Shown here piece after piece: positions 16,799-25,058 of a stretch of DNA of 26,984 nucleotides; within the stretch, counting starts at the first letter, position 1, and each line of letters starts with the position of its first letter. The DNA comes from a virus (Duplodnaviria > Caudoviricetes): positions 1 through 26,984 of IMG/VR virus record IMGVR_UViG_3300030107_006817; one strand, 5' to 3'. The translations under genes were made by a program, and so were the position numbers. The notes beneath the pieces were generated by a model. It saw nothing but the letters and a program-made list of their open reading frames with translations, was not told the DNA's origin and did not search any database.

Positions 16799-19223
16799 TA
16801 TCTTTACTCCGTATTTTTAATATTTCCCTTTCCCTTGCAGCGTCTATACGCGCCGTGGTCTGCTCTTGCTGGCTTTGCAGTCTTTGCTGGAACTCCTGAC
16901 CTTTACGTGCTTCTTTCTCACGGTCAAGCTGCAATTCGGCCTGATCCCTTGCTATATCTGCCTGAGAATCCTGCGCTTTTATCTGTAGTTCCTGTTCTTT
17001 TAGCTGAACTAGCGGGTCGGGTCCCTGTGGCTGACCTATCTGGGCAATCTGCATATTGATCTGCTTCATGTTCTGCATTTCTTCTGCAATAAACTGCGCC
17101 ACCAAAGCGTCTATTTCCACCAACTGCTCTTCTGTCGGGGGTTGTCCTTGGTTCTGCTGCATGAATACAGCCATGCCCCGTTCCTGCGCCTTAATTTGCG
17201 CGTGTTCTATAATATGCTTTTGCAAAGAAATAGCTATTTGAGGTAGCGTCATAACCGTACCGGACGTACCAAAGGTAATATGAGACAAAATATGAGCGTC
17301 GTGGTTTTGTCCCTCAAACGCTTTAAGCTGTGTATTCTCCAGAGCGTCTATATTTTCTCGTGCAGGATCTTTTGGTACAGGCTCTTCGGAAGAAGGGGCC
17401 TTCAGGATTTTGTCTATGTCCGCGACACCCAAGGCTTCGTACATACGACGATAGGCTTCGTGCATGTCGTGCATATCCGGGGCTTGAGTGGCTAAGGCCA
17501 TCTGCGCCTGCGCCAAAGAAATGCGCTGCGCCTGTGAAAAAATATTCGGATTAGATACGGGGATTACGTCTACCCTGTCATCAAAATCCTCCGCCTTGAT
17601 GGTCTGGTCCGCATTGGCTACCGTATAGGGGTATTCTTCCGGTAAATAATCCCCCATAACCCGTGCTAGCAATTTAAACTCAATCCGCATTGCATAGTGC
17701 AGTCGCTTATGTACCGCACTCATTACACGAGTGCCTTGCTCCAGCATCGCAATCGTTGTACCGACAGCCGCCCCTTGGTTGCCGTCCCCCACTTTTAAGT
17801 CCGTAATGGTGGCAAACCGGCGGCCTGCTTCCACAACAAAACCTAATAATTGAAACAAAGTGCTGTCCGGACCCTTAAAGGGTAAAGGCATTAAGCTCTC
17901 GCGAATGGCTCCGCCGGGAGCATCCACGTCTCTAAACTCTCCCGGTTGTAACGGATCATCGTCATCCCTGATCCGTAATCCACGCGCCTTGAATCCTGCC
18001 GGTAAATTAGACAACGTCCCCGCATCAATTAGCTGTCTTAAAGCGGCAGTAGCTGTACGGGAAAGACCACCAATAGTGTGAATTAGCCCTAAGCCGTAAA
18101 ACCCGAATCCCGGCAAAAACTTGTAATGTACAAAATATTGTATCTTTCGCTTTTGGGGATCCTCCGGGCCATAGTTTCTACGAATGGATAAAATCTGGCC
18201 GCTGTCTTCGCTAATAGTTACCACATACGGTATTTTTATTCCGGTGGGTTCTCCGTCTTCTCCGGTTTCTTCAAAACCTTGCAGATCCAAGTCCACGTGA
18301 CATTCCAGTAATGTGCAATCGTAGTCGATATTCGACGGGTGTAGCCCATCAATAAACTCCACTTGCTCTGAAATGCCGTCACTATCTCCTTGCGACGGAT
18401 GGACCGGCACATCCCGATAAAATCCTGCAACCTGCTTTTTACGCAGATCATTAAGCGGCATTCTAAGAACTTGCGTAATGTTGGGGCAACTTTCGAGGTC
18501 GCTTGCTTCGTATGGCACCACCAAGTGTTCAGCAGGGACGAAACTGCTAACCGCTCTTTCCATTGTTTCATCGTAGTAAACCTTTTTAAATGTTGATCCT
18601 GCTAAAGGGAGATAAAACAGCATCTGATCAAATTCAGGTGTGTATTCCTCCATTACATTGGTAATGTAATAATTCATAAACTCTTTGACACGTTTGGCTT
18701 GCGCCTCTTTCTCACGGGTCAAAGAACCCATTATTGTCGTCCGGACAGGACCCCCGGCAGGCAATAGCTCGTTAAAAGCCTGTGCTTGGAATTGTGTAGC
18801 CGCTTCCGCCAAAAGTGGGTGGGTTACACCGGTAGCTCCCCGAAAAGGCTGTGTCCGATCCTCATAGGTAAACCCTAGCAGTTCCAAACCCTTGGAATAA
18901 GAATCTTCCCAGTCTTTACGGGAGGACTTATTCGCACGATATTCAGACACAAGCTCTGAGGAAACAGACCCTAGTTCCTGATCACTCATGTTTTCCGCTA
19001 AATTAGCAAAAAAATCGTCATTGTCTAGCCTGCTGGACGCAATAGGATCTAAATCCACGACCACACCGCCATCTTCCGTGGGCTGTATGTCTACGCCGCC
19101 TGCCAAACCGCCCATAAAGCCCGAATCGTCCGGTACTTCAATATCTATATCCAGTTGGGCTTGTTCCACTAACGGGTCATCAGTATTTTTGTCCATTAAA
19201 GACACAACGGGTCTGTCGGCCAT
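16791..19223 (-). CDS. Portal protein (P22-like, long C-terminal coiled-coil barrel)
   Basis: 810 aa; HPLLAEAATQFQAQA, LPLAGSTFKKVYYD, PGFGFYGLGLIH, LRQLIDAGTLSNLP motifs; Q/E-rich helical tail. Confidence 0.92.
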   Translation of the reverse strand: MADRPVVSLMDKNTDDPLVEQAQLDIDIEVPDDSGFMGGLAGGVDIQPTEDGGVVVDLDPIASSRLDNDDFFANLAENMSDQELGSVSSELVSEYRANKSSRKDWEDSYSKGLELLGFTYEDRTQPFRGATGVTHPLLAEAATQFQAQAFNELLPAGGPVRTTIMGSLTREKEAQAKRVKEFMNYYITNVMEEYTPEFDQMLFYLPLAGSTFKKVYYDETMERAVSSFVPAEHLVVPYEASDLESCPNITQVLRMPLNDLRKKQVAGFYRDVPVHPSQGDSDGISEQVEFIDGLHPSNIDYDCTLLECHVDLDLQGFEETGEDGEPTGIKIPYVVTISEDSGQILSIRRNYGPEDPQKRKIQYFVHYKFLPGFGFYGLGLIHTIGGLSRTATAALRQLIDAGTLSNLPAGFKARGLRIRDDDDPLQPGEFRDVDAPGGAIRESLMPLPFKGPDSTLFQLLGFVVEAGRRFATITDLKVGDGNQGAAVGTTIAMLEQGTRVMSAVHKRLHYAMRIEFKLLARVMGDYLPEEYPYTVANADQTIKAEDFDDRVDVIPVSNPNIFSQAQRISLAQAQMALATQAPDMHDMHEAYRRMYEALGVADIDKILKAPSSEEPVPKDPARENIDALENTQLKAFEGQNHDAHILSHITFGTSGTVMTLPQIAISLQKHIIEHAQIKAQERGMAVFMQQNQGQPPTEEQLVEIDALVAQFIAEEMQNMKQINMQIAQIGQPQGPDPLVQLKEQELQIKAQDSQADIARDQAELQLDREKEARKGQEFQQRLQSQQEQTTARIDAAREREILKIRSKDNV

Positions 19224-19228
19224 AATAA

Positions 19229-19675
19229 TTACCTATGTTTCGCTTTAGTAAAGCCTTTTATAGCAATACCGTCAATCGGTTTTCGCTTATTTACCGCGCC
19301 GCCACGCGCTTTCTCCAGCACTCTGCGGCCACTTTCTGCGGCGGCTCCGGCCCCTAGTACCTGACCTAGTGGTATATCTTTTAGGTCTTTAGTCGCCTTA
19401 TCGAATTTTTTCTTGGTTTCCTTTATTTGGTATTCCCGCTCTTTCTTTTGTCGAACCTTACGCATCTTTGTGGCGCTTAATTTATCCAAAGCCTCTTTAT
19501 CTTTTATGGTAAAGTCTTTAAAAGCGCCCTTTCCCTTAACAATGTCCTGAAAATCAAACCCTTCTTTCTGCATTTCCTCGTAGGCTTTCTTAACTTTTTG
19601 ATTACCAAATTTATTCTTGGCCGCGTCAAGACCTCTTTCCAGAATTTCTTTTACTATTTTAGCGTACAAAATCAC
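19229..19675 (-). CDS. Basic hypothetical protein with C-terminal ARGGAV...DGIAIKGFTK motif
   Basis: 148 aa, K-rich; GTG start overlaps the TGA of the upstream gene. Confidence 0.65.
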   Translation of the reverse strand: MILYAKIVKEILERGLDAAKNKFGNQKVKKAYEEMQKEGFDFQDIVKGKGAFKDFTIKDKEALDKLSATKMRKVRQKKEREYQIKETKKKFDKATKDLKDIPLGQVLGAGAAAESGRRVLEKARGGAVNKRKPIDGIAIKGFTKAKHR

Positions 19676-22600
19676 ATCCTCCGTGCGACGTGTTTCAAAC
19701 TGTTTATGCCCCCGCCTGCCGCAGCAAGAATATCGGCACTCTCTTTCTGTTCTGGATCAAATTTAGCACTAACGCTTCGTATCTGAGAGGGATCTAAAGC
19801 AATATAACTGTAGTCTCTATCGCCCTCGATCTCGTTGCGATATTTAACCGAATCGTAGCCCTCCGCTTTAATCATTTGCCGTAATTCGTCCATAAACTGT
19901 TCTGCTTCCATGCTGTTTTGCCACCCGTCCGGTCCGGTCTGATCTTCAAAAGTGTACTTTATTTGATCTATCTCCTCCTGTATCTCTAGTAAGTCCTTTC
20001 TATACTTGCGACCCACGGGAGTGTTCATTAGCTCAACCGACACCGCGTAGGGATCTTTCCACTCTCCTACATCCCGCATTTTTAACGGATTTTGTATGTT
20101 GAGGTAGACGGGCTTTATGTTCGCGCCTTTCAGGCGTTCTAGCGCCTGTACTGCGACATCCCGAAGACCTCCCATTTTTTGCTTTTCTTGCTCAGGCAAC
20201 GCTAAAAAGTTATCCACGCCTTGGGTACTTGATATAAAGTGTATTCGATGGCTTGCCTGATCGGGCGTTCCGAAGTGGAATCCGAGATCTCCTTCCTCAA
20301 ACGCCTCAAAATCAGACAGTGTGCCGTGGTACGCGGGTTTCTCCGTGTCAAACCCCATCTCCTTCGCCCTCTGCATCCGGTTGGTTTCGTCTGTGGCACG
20401 TAACGATCTTGGGGCAGGCAGAAGAGGTACAGCACTACTTAATACTTTAGCCCCTACACCCAACGGACCGGGGAGGCTTTTAGCGACCGGTTTTAATATC
20501 TTTTCTACCGTTTTTGTGTCAACCGGGCCACCTTCGTTATACTGTTTAAACGGGGTTAAATCTTCCAGATTATACCTGTTTTTTTCAGCCCCACGTTCGT
20601 TGTCACTAAACCTAGCTTTACCGGTTTTAGCGTCAATCCCCTCAAACGTACCGTAAATTGCTTGGTTTTTAACCTTCACTGGGGTTCCTGCACCACCCAA
20701 GCGTTTGGTATGTAAATACTGTTTTAACTGCTTGGGCTGTTCGGCACGTTGTGTACCTTGTGGGTACTGGTTAAAGCGCACCGCATTATCATCCGCTTTT
20801 TTGATCACCCCACGGTACGTCTCTCCCGCCGCCACAAACACGTCCCCGTAGTTGTCCATAGCTTTTTTGATGGCCGCTTTAAACTCCGGCTTTGCCGCCA
20901 TTTCGTTTCTTAACTTGGCGTTCTTTTCAAACGTTACGTCGTAATCCTCAATTTTGTCGTCCAAACCAATTAGTCCATGTTTGGCGGATAAAACGGCAAT
21001 ATCCACGTTGTCCGGTATATCGTATTGCTCACGGTATTGCCTTAACGCTCTGTACATGGGGCCACTGTATAGCTCCTCTGCGGGTACAACGCCTTTACCT
21101 TTTTCTTTTGTTTTGCAGCACCCCAGTATCAAAAGAGAGCGGCCTTCGGCTTCTTCTTTTTCCGGCACCTGAAACCCGAATGTTTCACGGGCTATCAGCG
21201 GTTGTAACATCTGATAGCCTGTTGCTAATTTCCCCGCTACGCCGGGTACTTTAGGTAAGTATTTAGGGGCTTGCTTAAACAGATCGCGTTGGAGCGGTTT
21301 TTTGTACGATGTGTCGTCGCCGTCAACAGGGCCACCTTCGTTCATGGTCCGTGCGACGTGCTTCAAACTATTGATGCCGCCGCCTTCCGCATAACTAAAC
21401 TTCTCCCTATCCGTATACACCGGGTTTTTAACTAAAACGAGAGGCCCTACCTGAATATACTCATCACCACCTATTACAGGTTCGTCCGTTTTTCTATCAA
21501 AAAAGTAAGCGTGTTTTTTAGGGTTGTAGCCCACCTGCACCCATTCAGGATCGTTTAAATATTTCTGCGCTAACCTATAGTTTTCTTCGTCTGTCCGGTG
21601 TATGTGTTCTGCTTTAATAACTACAAAAGGGGTTTTGTCGATTCCGCCTGCCGCTTTCCCGATTTTTATCTTTTCAGCCTTTTTCTGGTTTTTTTCCTCT
21701 AACATGTCGGACATGTCGGGGTCTACACCCGCCGAGGTGCCTCGATAAGAGGTGATCTTATCTTTCTTCGACCCCGTAGTTAACGTATCCACCCAAACAC
21801 CATGCCTCGTGTACGCGGGAATATCTAACCGGGCGGTACTTTCAACTCCTTCCGCAAAAGGGGCGTTAATTTTTTCTCTTTGGTTAACATTTAAAGCCTC
21901 GTACATTTCCTCCGGAGTTGCCGGAATAGGCACGGATTTGTAGGGTTTAGAAAGCGGCGTGGATAATGGCAATGCCTCGCTCGATACTTGAACCGCTGGT
22001 TCTAGCTTTGCCGTAGGCCAAAGTCGCTTGCCTTTCCAGCCTTGCAGCATCTTCTTGATGCGATCAGACTCTATATCTTCCAAGCCTTCGACATGAACCA
22101 CACCATCTTTGTCAAACCACATATCTACATCCGATTCGCCATACGACTCACCCGACCCTTGATCAAAACCGCCGCCTTGCTTCTGTCGGTGATCTTTGAG
22201 AACTCGCACTTCAACTAACTGATCTGTGTCTGGGTCTTCCAGCGTATAGTATTCTCGGTTGCTACCAGACGTTGAGAAGCCAATATCCTCTGGAATGCCT
22301 TGTTCAAACTCTCCCCGATATTTATTTGCAAATTCATTGGCTCTGCGATCTATTAGCATTTGCGCTTCTTGTATTGCGCCAACACTGGTAAAGCGTTTGT
22401 CTTGTTCAACTCCGTCTATCCATACGGTGGGACGTTCATCCAATTTTCCCCACTCTGATCTGATAACTGTTCCATCGCTCAATTCGATTTCTTCATAGTC
22501 TGTCAGTTCATATGGCGCTGGCGGCATATCATCATCATAAGAACGTAATGTCGCCCATTCTGGAGCTTCGCGGGCTTCTGGATATTCGCTAGTTTGCCAT

Positions 22601-22881
22601 GTTCTTTCGCTCTCTATTGTTAATGGCTTTTCTGGCGTGGCTTGCGTGGCATTTTGTTGCGCTTTTAATTTGGCGAGCTGTTCTTTAGCTTTAGCGTTTA
22701 TGTCTAATCCTATTGCGCCTCGTTGCGATGGCGGCGTGGATAATAGTTTAGCGGCCCCACCCACAGGGCCGGGGAGGGTTTTAGCAACCGACTTTAATAT
22801 CTTTCCTACCGTTTTTGTATCCACAGGACCCCCTTCGTTCATGGTCCGTGCGACGTGTTTCAGGGAGTATATGCCGTTCAT
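19672..22881 (-). CDS. Multi-domain 'polyvalent' protein: two unknown domains + DUF6884-like domain + ART-PolyVal-like ADP-ribosyltransferase, with repeated linkers
   Basis: 1069 aa. LILGCCKTK..PAEELYSGPMY..VLSAKHGLI..IEDYD is DUF6884-like. RAKEMGF..AYHGT..F..F..GFHF..PVYLNIQNP..GYDSV..DPSQIRSVSAKFDP is ART-PolyVal-like. Four copies of a linker peptide. Confidence 0.8.
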   Translation of the reverse strand: MNGIYSLKHVARTMNEGGPVDTKTVGKILKSVAKTLPGPVGGAAKLLSTPPSQRGAIGLDINAKAKEQLAKLKAQQNATQATPEKPLTIESERTWQTSEYPEAREAPEWATLRSYDDDMPPAPYELTDYEEIELSDGTVIRSEWGKLDERPTVWIDGVEQDKRFTSVGAIQEAQMLIDRRANEFANKYRGEFEQGIPEDIGFSTSGSNREYYTLEDPDTDQLVEVRVLKDHRQKQGGGFDQGSGESYGESDVDMWFDKDGVVHVEGLEDIESDRIKKMLQGWKGKRLWPTAKLEPAVQVSSEALPLSTPLSKPYKSVPIPATPEEMYEALNVNQREKINAPFAEGVESTARLDIPAYTRHGVWVDTLTTGSKKDKITSYRGTSAGVDPDMSDMLEEKNQKKAEKIKIGKAAGGIDKTPFVVIKAEHIHRTDEENYRLAQKYLNDPEWVQVGYNPKKHAYFFDRKTDEPVIGGDEYIQVGPLVLVKNPVYTDREKFSYAEGGGINSLKHVARTMNEGGPVDGDDTSYKKPLQRDLFKQAPKYLPKVPGVAGKLATGYQMLQPLIARETFGFQVPEKEEAEGRSLLILGCCKTKEKGKGVVPAEELYSGPMYRALRQYREQYDIPDNVDIAVLSAKHGLIGLDDKIEDYDVTFEKNAKLRNEMAAKPEFKAAIKKAMDNYGDVFVAAGETYRGVIKKADDNAVRFNQYPQGTQRAEQPKQLKQYLHTKRLGGAGTPVKVKNQAIYGTFEGIDAKTGKARFSDNERGAEKNRYNLEDLTPFKQYNEGGPVDTKTVEKILKPVAKSLPGPLGVGAKVLSSAVPLLPAPRSLRATDETNRMQRAKEMGFDTEKPAYHGTLSDFEAFEEGDLGFHFGTPDQASHRIHFISSTQGVDNFLALPEQEKQKMGGLRDVAVQALERLKGANIKPVYLNIQNPLKMRDVGEWKDPYAVSVELMNTPVGRKYRKDLLEIQEEIDQIKYTFEDQTGPDGWQNSMEAEQFMDELRQMIKAEGYDSVKYRNEIEGDRDYSYIALDPSQIRSVSAKFDPEQKESADILAAAGGGINSLKHVARRM

Positions 22882-25055
22882 GCCATTTCAAAACGCCCTT
22901 CCGGGGTTCGTCTAAAAAATTCCTGTATGCCGACGGGCTTGCTAACGTAGCTCTCTTCCACCGGATCCATACCGGTTCCAGACATGCGGCGGTATCCACG
23001 CTCCTCGTCGCCACCCTCGCTGTCCCTATAGGACTGGGTTCCCGACTCATACTTGATAAACTTGGCCTGCATATCTGCTGGAATTTCTGCCATCATCGGA
23101 AACCCTGTATCTACGGCACCCCCTGCGGCAAACACCGGACTCCTGAAATACGGATTAAGATCGTAGGGGTTATCCAGCGTCTGGATACCAGTGCCATACA
23201 GCCTTCTCCCCAGTGCGCCTTCGTCATAGCCGATGCGGCCGCTACCGACAGCAGGAGAGGTCGAAAGTGCCTGATAAGCTAACGGATCCCCGAAACCCTC
23301 TACTTCCGGTAAGGGGTCCCGTTGATATTGTTCTGTTATAGCCCCCTCGGATTCCGGATCCGTCTGTCTTGGAGGATCTAACGCTTCCAACGTACCCTCC
23401 AGTACCTTACCGGCGGCTAGTGTAGTCGGTACGCCAAACAGGCCGTATCGCTGCGAAAGGGGTGTGGGCAAATCTCTTACCTGTTGCACAAGTGGCGATT
23501 CGACGGGAAGGTAAGGGGTTCCCCTAAAGGCATCCGCGCCATACTGGCTAACCACCGGTTGAACCTGATACGAAACGCCCGGAGCGATATTTTGTACCGG
23601 TAAAGCCGGATCCACGAGTCCCGGTACTTCCAGCGCCCGTGGATTAACTGTACCGACTTTTGTAGGAACCGGCCCCGGCGAGAAGGTCTTCATTCGGGAA
23701 TAGTCATAAGCGTCGTACGGGGACCCTACATATGCTTGCGGATTAATAGGCTTCCCTAACTGCAATCCTTGCACGTCAAGCGTCCCTGTGGGGCCTGCTA
23801 ACTCCCAAGTTGCCGGATCCATTCCGCGCTGTATAGCATCCGTTGTGTAAGTACCTTCCAAGCCCTGTTGTACGGCCCGTTCGGCAAGCGACTCGGCCGA
23901 CGATCCGGGCAACGGGGCGGCCTGATCAAAACCAACGTCAATACTCTGAAATTCAGGAACTTCGAGAACGTTACCCCCCAAGCCTTCGCGTACAGTAGCC
24001 TCCGGACTACCGGGGGAAAAGGTAGAGGTCGAAGAAAGGGACGCTATGCCTCCCGGCGGACCATAAAACCCGGCCCTGAAGCCCTGACCAAAAGTCATAT
24101 TGGGGTTCGCGAGGGACCCTATGCCCTGATACAGCCCCTGACCGGTTCGCATCAGCGGGTTGATTAAATCGTTGTACATCCCCTGAAACGTGCTTTTTAC
24201 AGCACCCAGCGGGTTCAGCACGGTACTTTTTAGACTCGATCCTAACGATCCGATACCCGACCTAAGCGAACTTGCCAAGGCTTTCTTCCAGCCTACGTTT
24301 GCCACCTGCTGCGCCGTACTGGCGGCAGCAGTACCGAGGGTCCCGCCGAGAGAGCCTATGCCATAGCCCCCGATAGTGCCTAACGTAACGCCTAACAGCC
24401 CTTGGCCCTCGTTAATAGCCTGACCCGCGCCGCCTGCCGCGCCACCAGCCTTGGCTCCGGCGACTGCGCCAGCGGGGTTAAAACCTGTAGCGACGAAGCC
24501 TATAGCCGCGCCACCGATAGCGCCGATAATCGCGCCGATATTGCCGCCAAAAAACGAAGTTTGCTTACGTTGCTGCTTACGGGCGGTGGCCCTTAGCCCG
24601 TAATCGGAAATCTGCATGATCGTGTCCATGCTCAGACCGTCGGGCCGCTTCCCTGTCTCTAGAAATCCTTTAAATAACCGGGCTTGTTGGGGACTTGAAA
24701 AAGTACCCGCCTGCTCCAGCATATATTTGTAAATATCGCCGTAGCCGCCGGACTTGTCCCCCGACTGGTAGGCTTTACGCGCACGGTCTAGCTGACTGAA
24801 AATATTTTTTTCATTCCAGCCGTAGTTGGTCAAGCCTACGCCGGTTTCCGAAAAAGGCAGCGTCTTTGCGTTAAACTGGTTTCGGGTTACTCCAAAAACC
24901 GCCGGGTTGCTTATCCAGCTATAGCTAGCGTCCCCCAAAGCCTTCTTGCCTGCTTCCAGCGATTGTTGCTGGGCAACGCGGGTGGCAGCGACACGAGCTT
25001 CGTTAGCCCTCATACCCTCTTCGATTTGATCTAAAACCCTTTTTGGTACTGCCAT
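22878..25055 (-). CDS. Putative internal virion / DNA-ejection (pilot-like) protein
   Basis: 725 aa with a long Gly-zipper hydrophobic tract (GGNIGAIIGAIGGAAIGF...GAVAGAKAGGAAGG...GGYGIGSLGG), a P/Q-rich low-complexity middle, and GGIASL and FAAGGAV motifs. Function is inferred. Confidence 0.6.
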   Translation of the reverse strand: MAVPKRVLDQIEEGMRANEARVAATRVAQQQSLEAGKKALGDASYSWISNPAVFGVTRNQFNAKTLPFSETGVGLTNYGWNEKNIFSQLDRARKAYQSGDKSGGYGDIYKYMLEQAGTFSSPQQARLFKGFLETGKRPDGLSMDTIMQISDYGLRATARKQQRKQTSFFGGNIGAIIGAIGGAAIGFVATGFNPAGAVAGAKAGGAAGGAGQAINEGQGLLGVTLGTIGGYGIGSLGGTLGTAAASTAQQVANVGWKKALASSLRSGIGSLGSSLKSTVLNPLGAVKSTFQGMYNDLINPLMRTGQGLYQGIGSLANPNMTFGQGFRAGFYGPPGGIASLSSTSTFSPGSPEATVREGLGGNVLEVPEFQSIDVGFDQAAPLPGSSAESLAERAVQQGLEGTYTTDAIQRGMDPATWELAGPTGTLDVQGLQLGKPINPQAYVGSPYDAYDYSRMKTFSPGPVPTKVGTVNPRALEVPGLVDPALPVQNIAPGVSYQVQPVVSQYGADAFRGTPYLPVESPLVQQVRDLPTPLSQRYGLFGVPTTLAAGKVLEGTLEALDPPRQTDPESEGAITEQYQRDPLPEVEGFGDPLAYQALSTSPAVGSGRIGYDEGALGRRLYGTGIQTLDNPYDLNPYFRSPVFAAGGAVDTGFPMMAEIPADMQAKFIKYESGTQSYRDSEGGDEERGYRRMSGTGMDPVEESYVSKPVGIQEFFRRTPEGRFEMA

Positions 25056-25058
25056 AGG

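Noticed and set aside
21181-21196. Second parS site (TGTTTCACGGGCTATC)
   Set aside because: Only a half-site matches and it lies within coding sequence.
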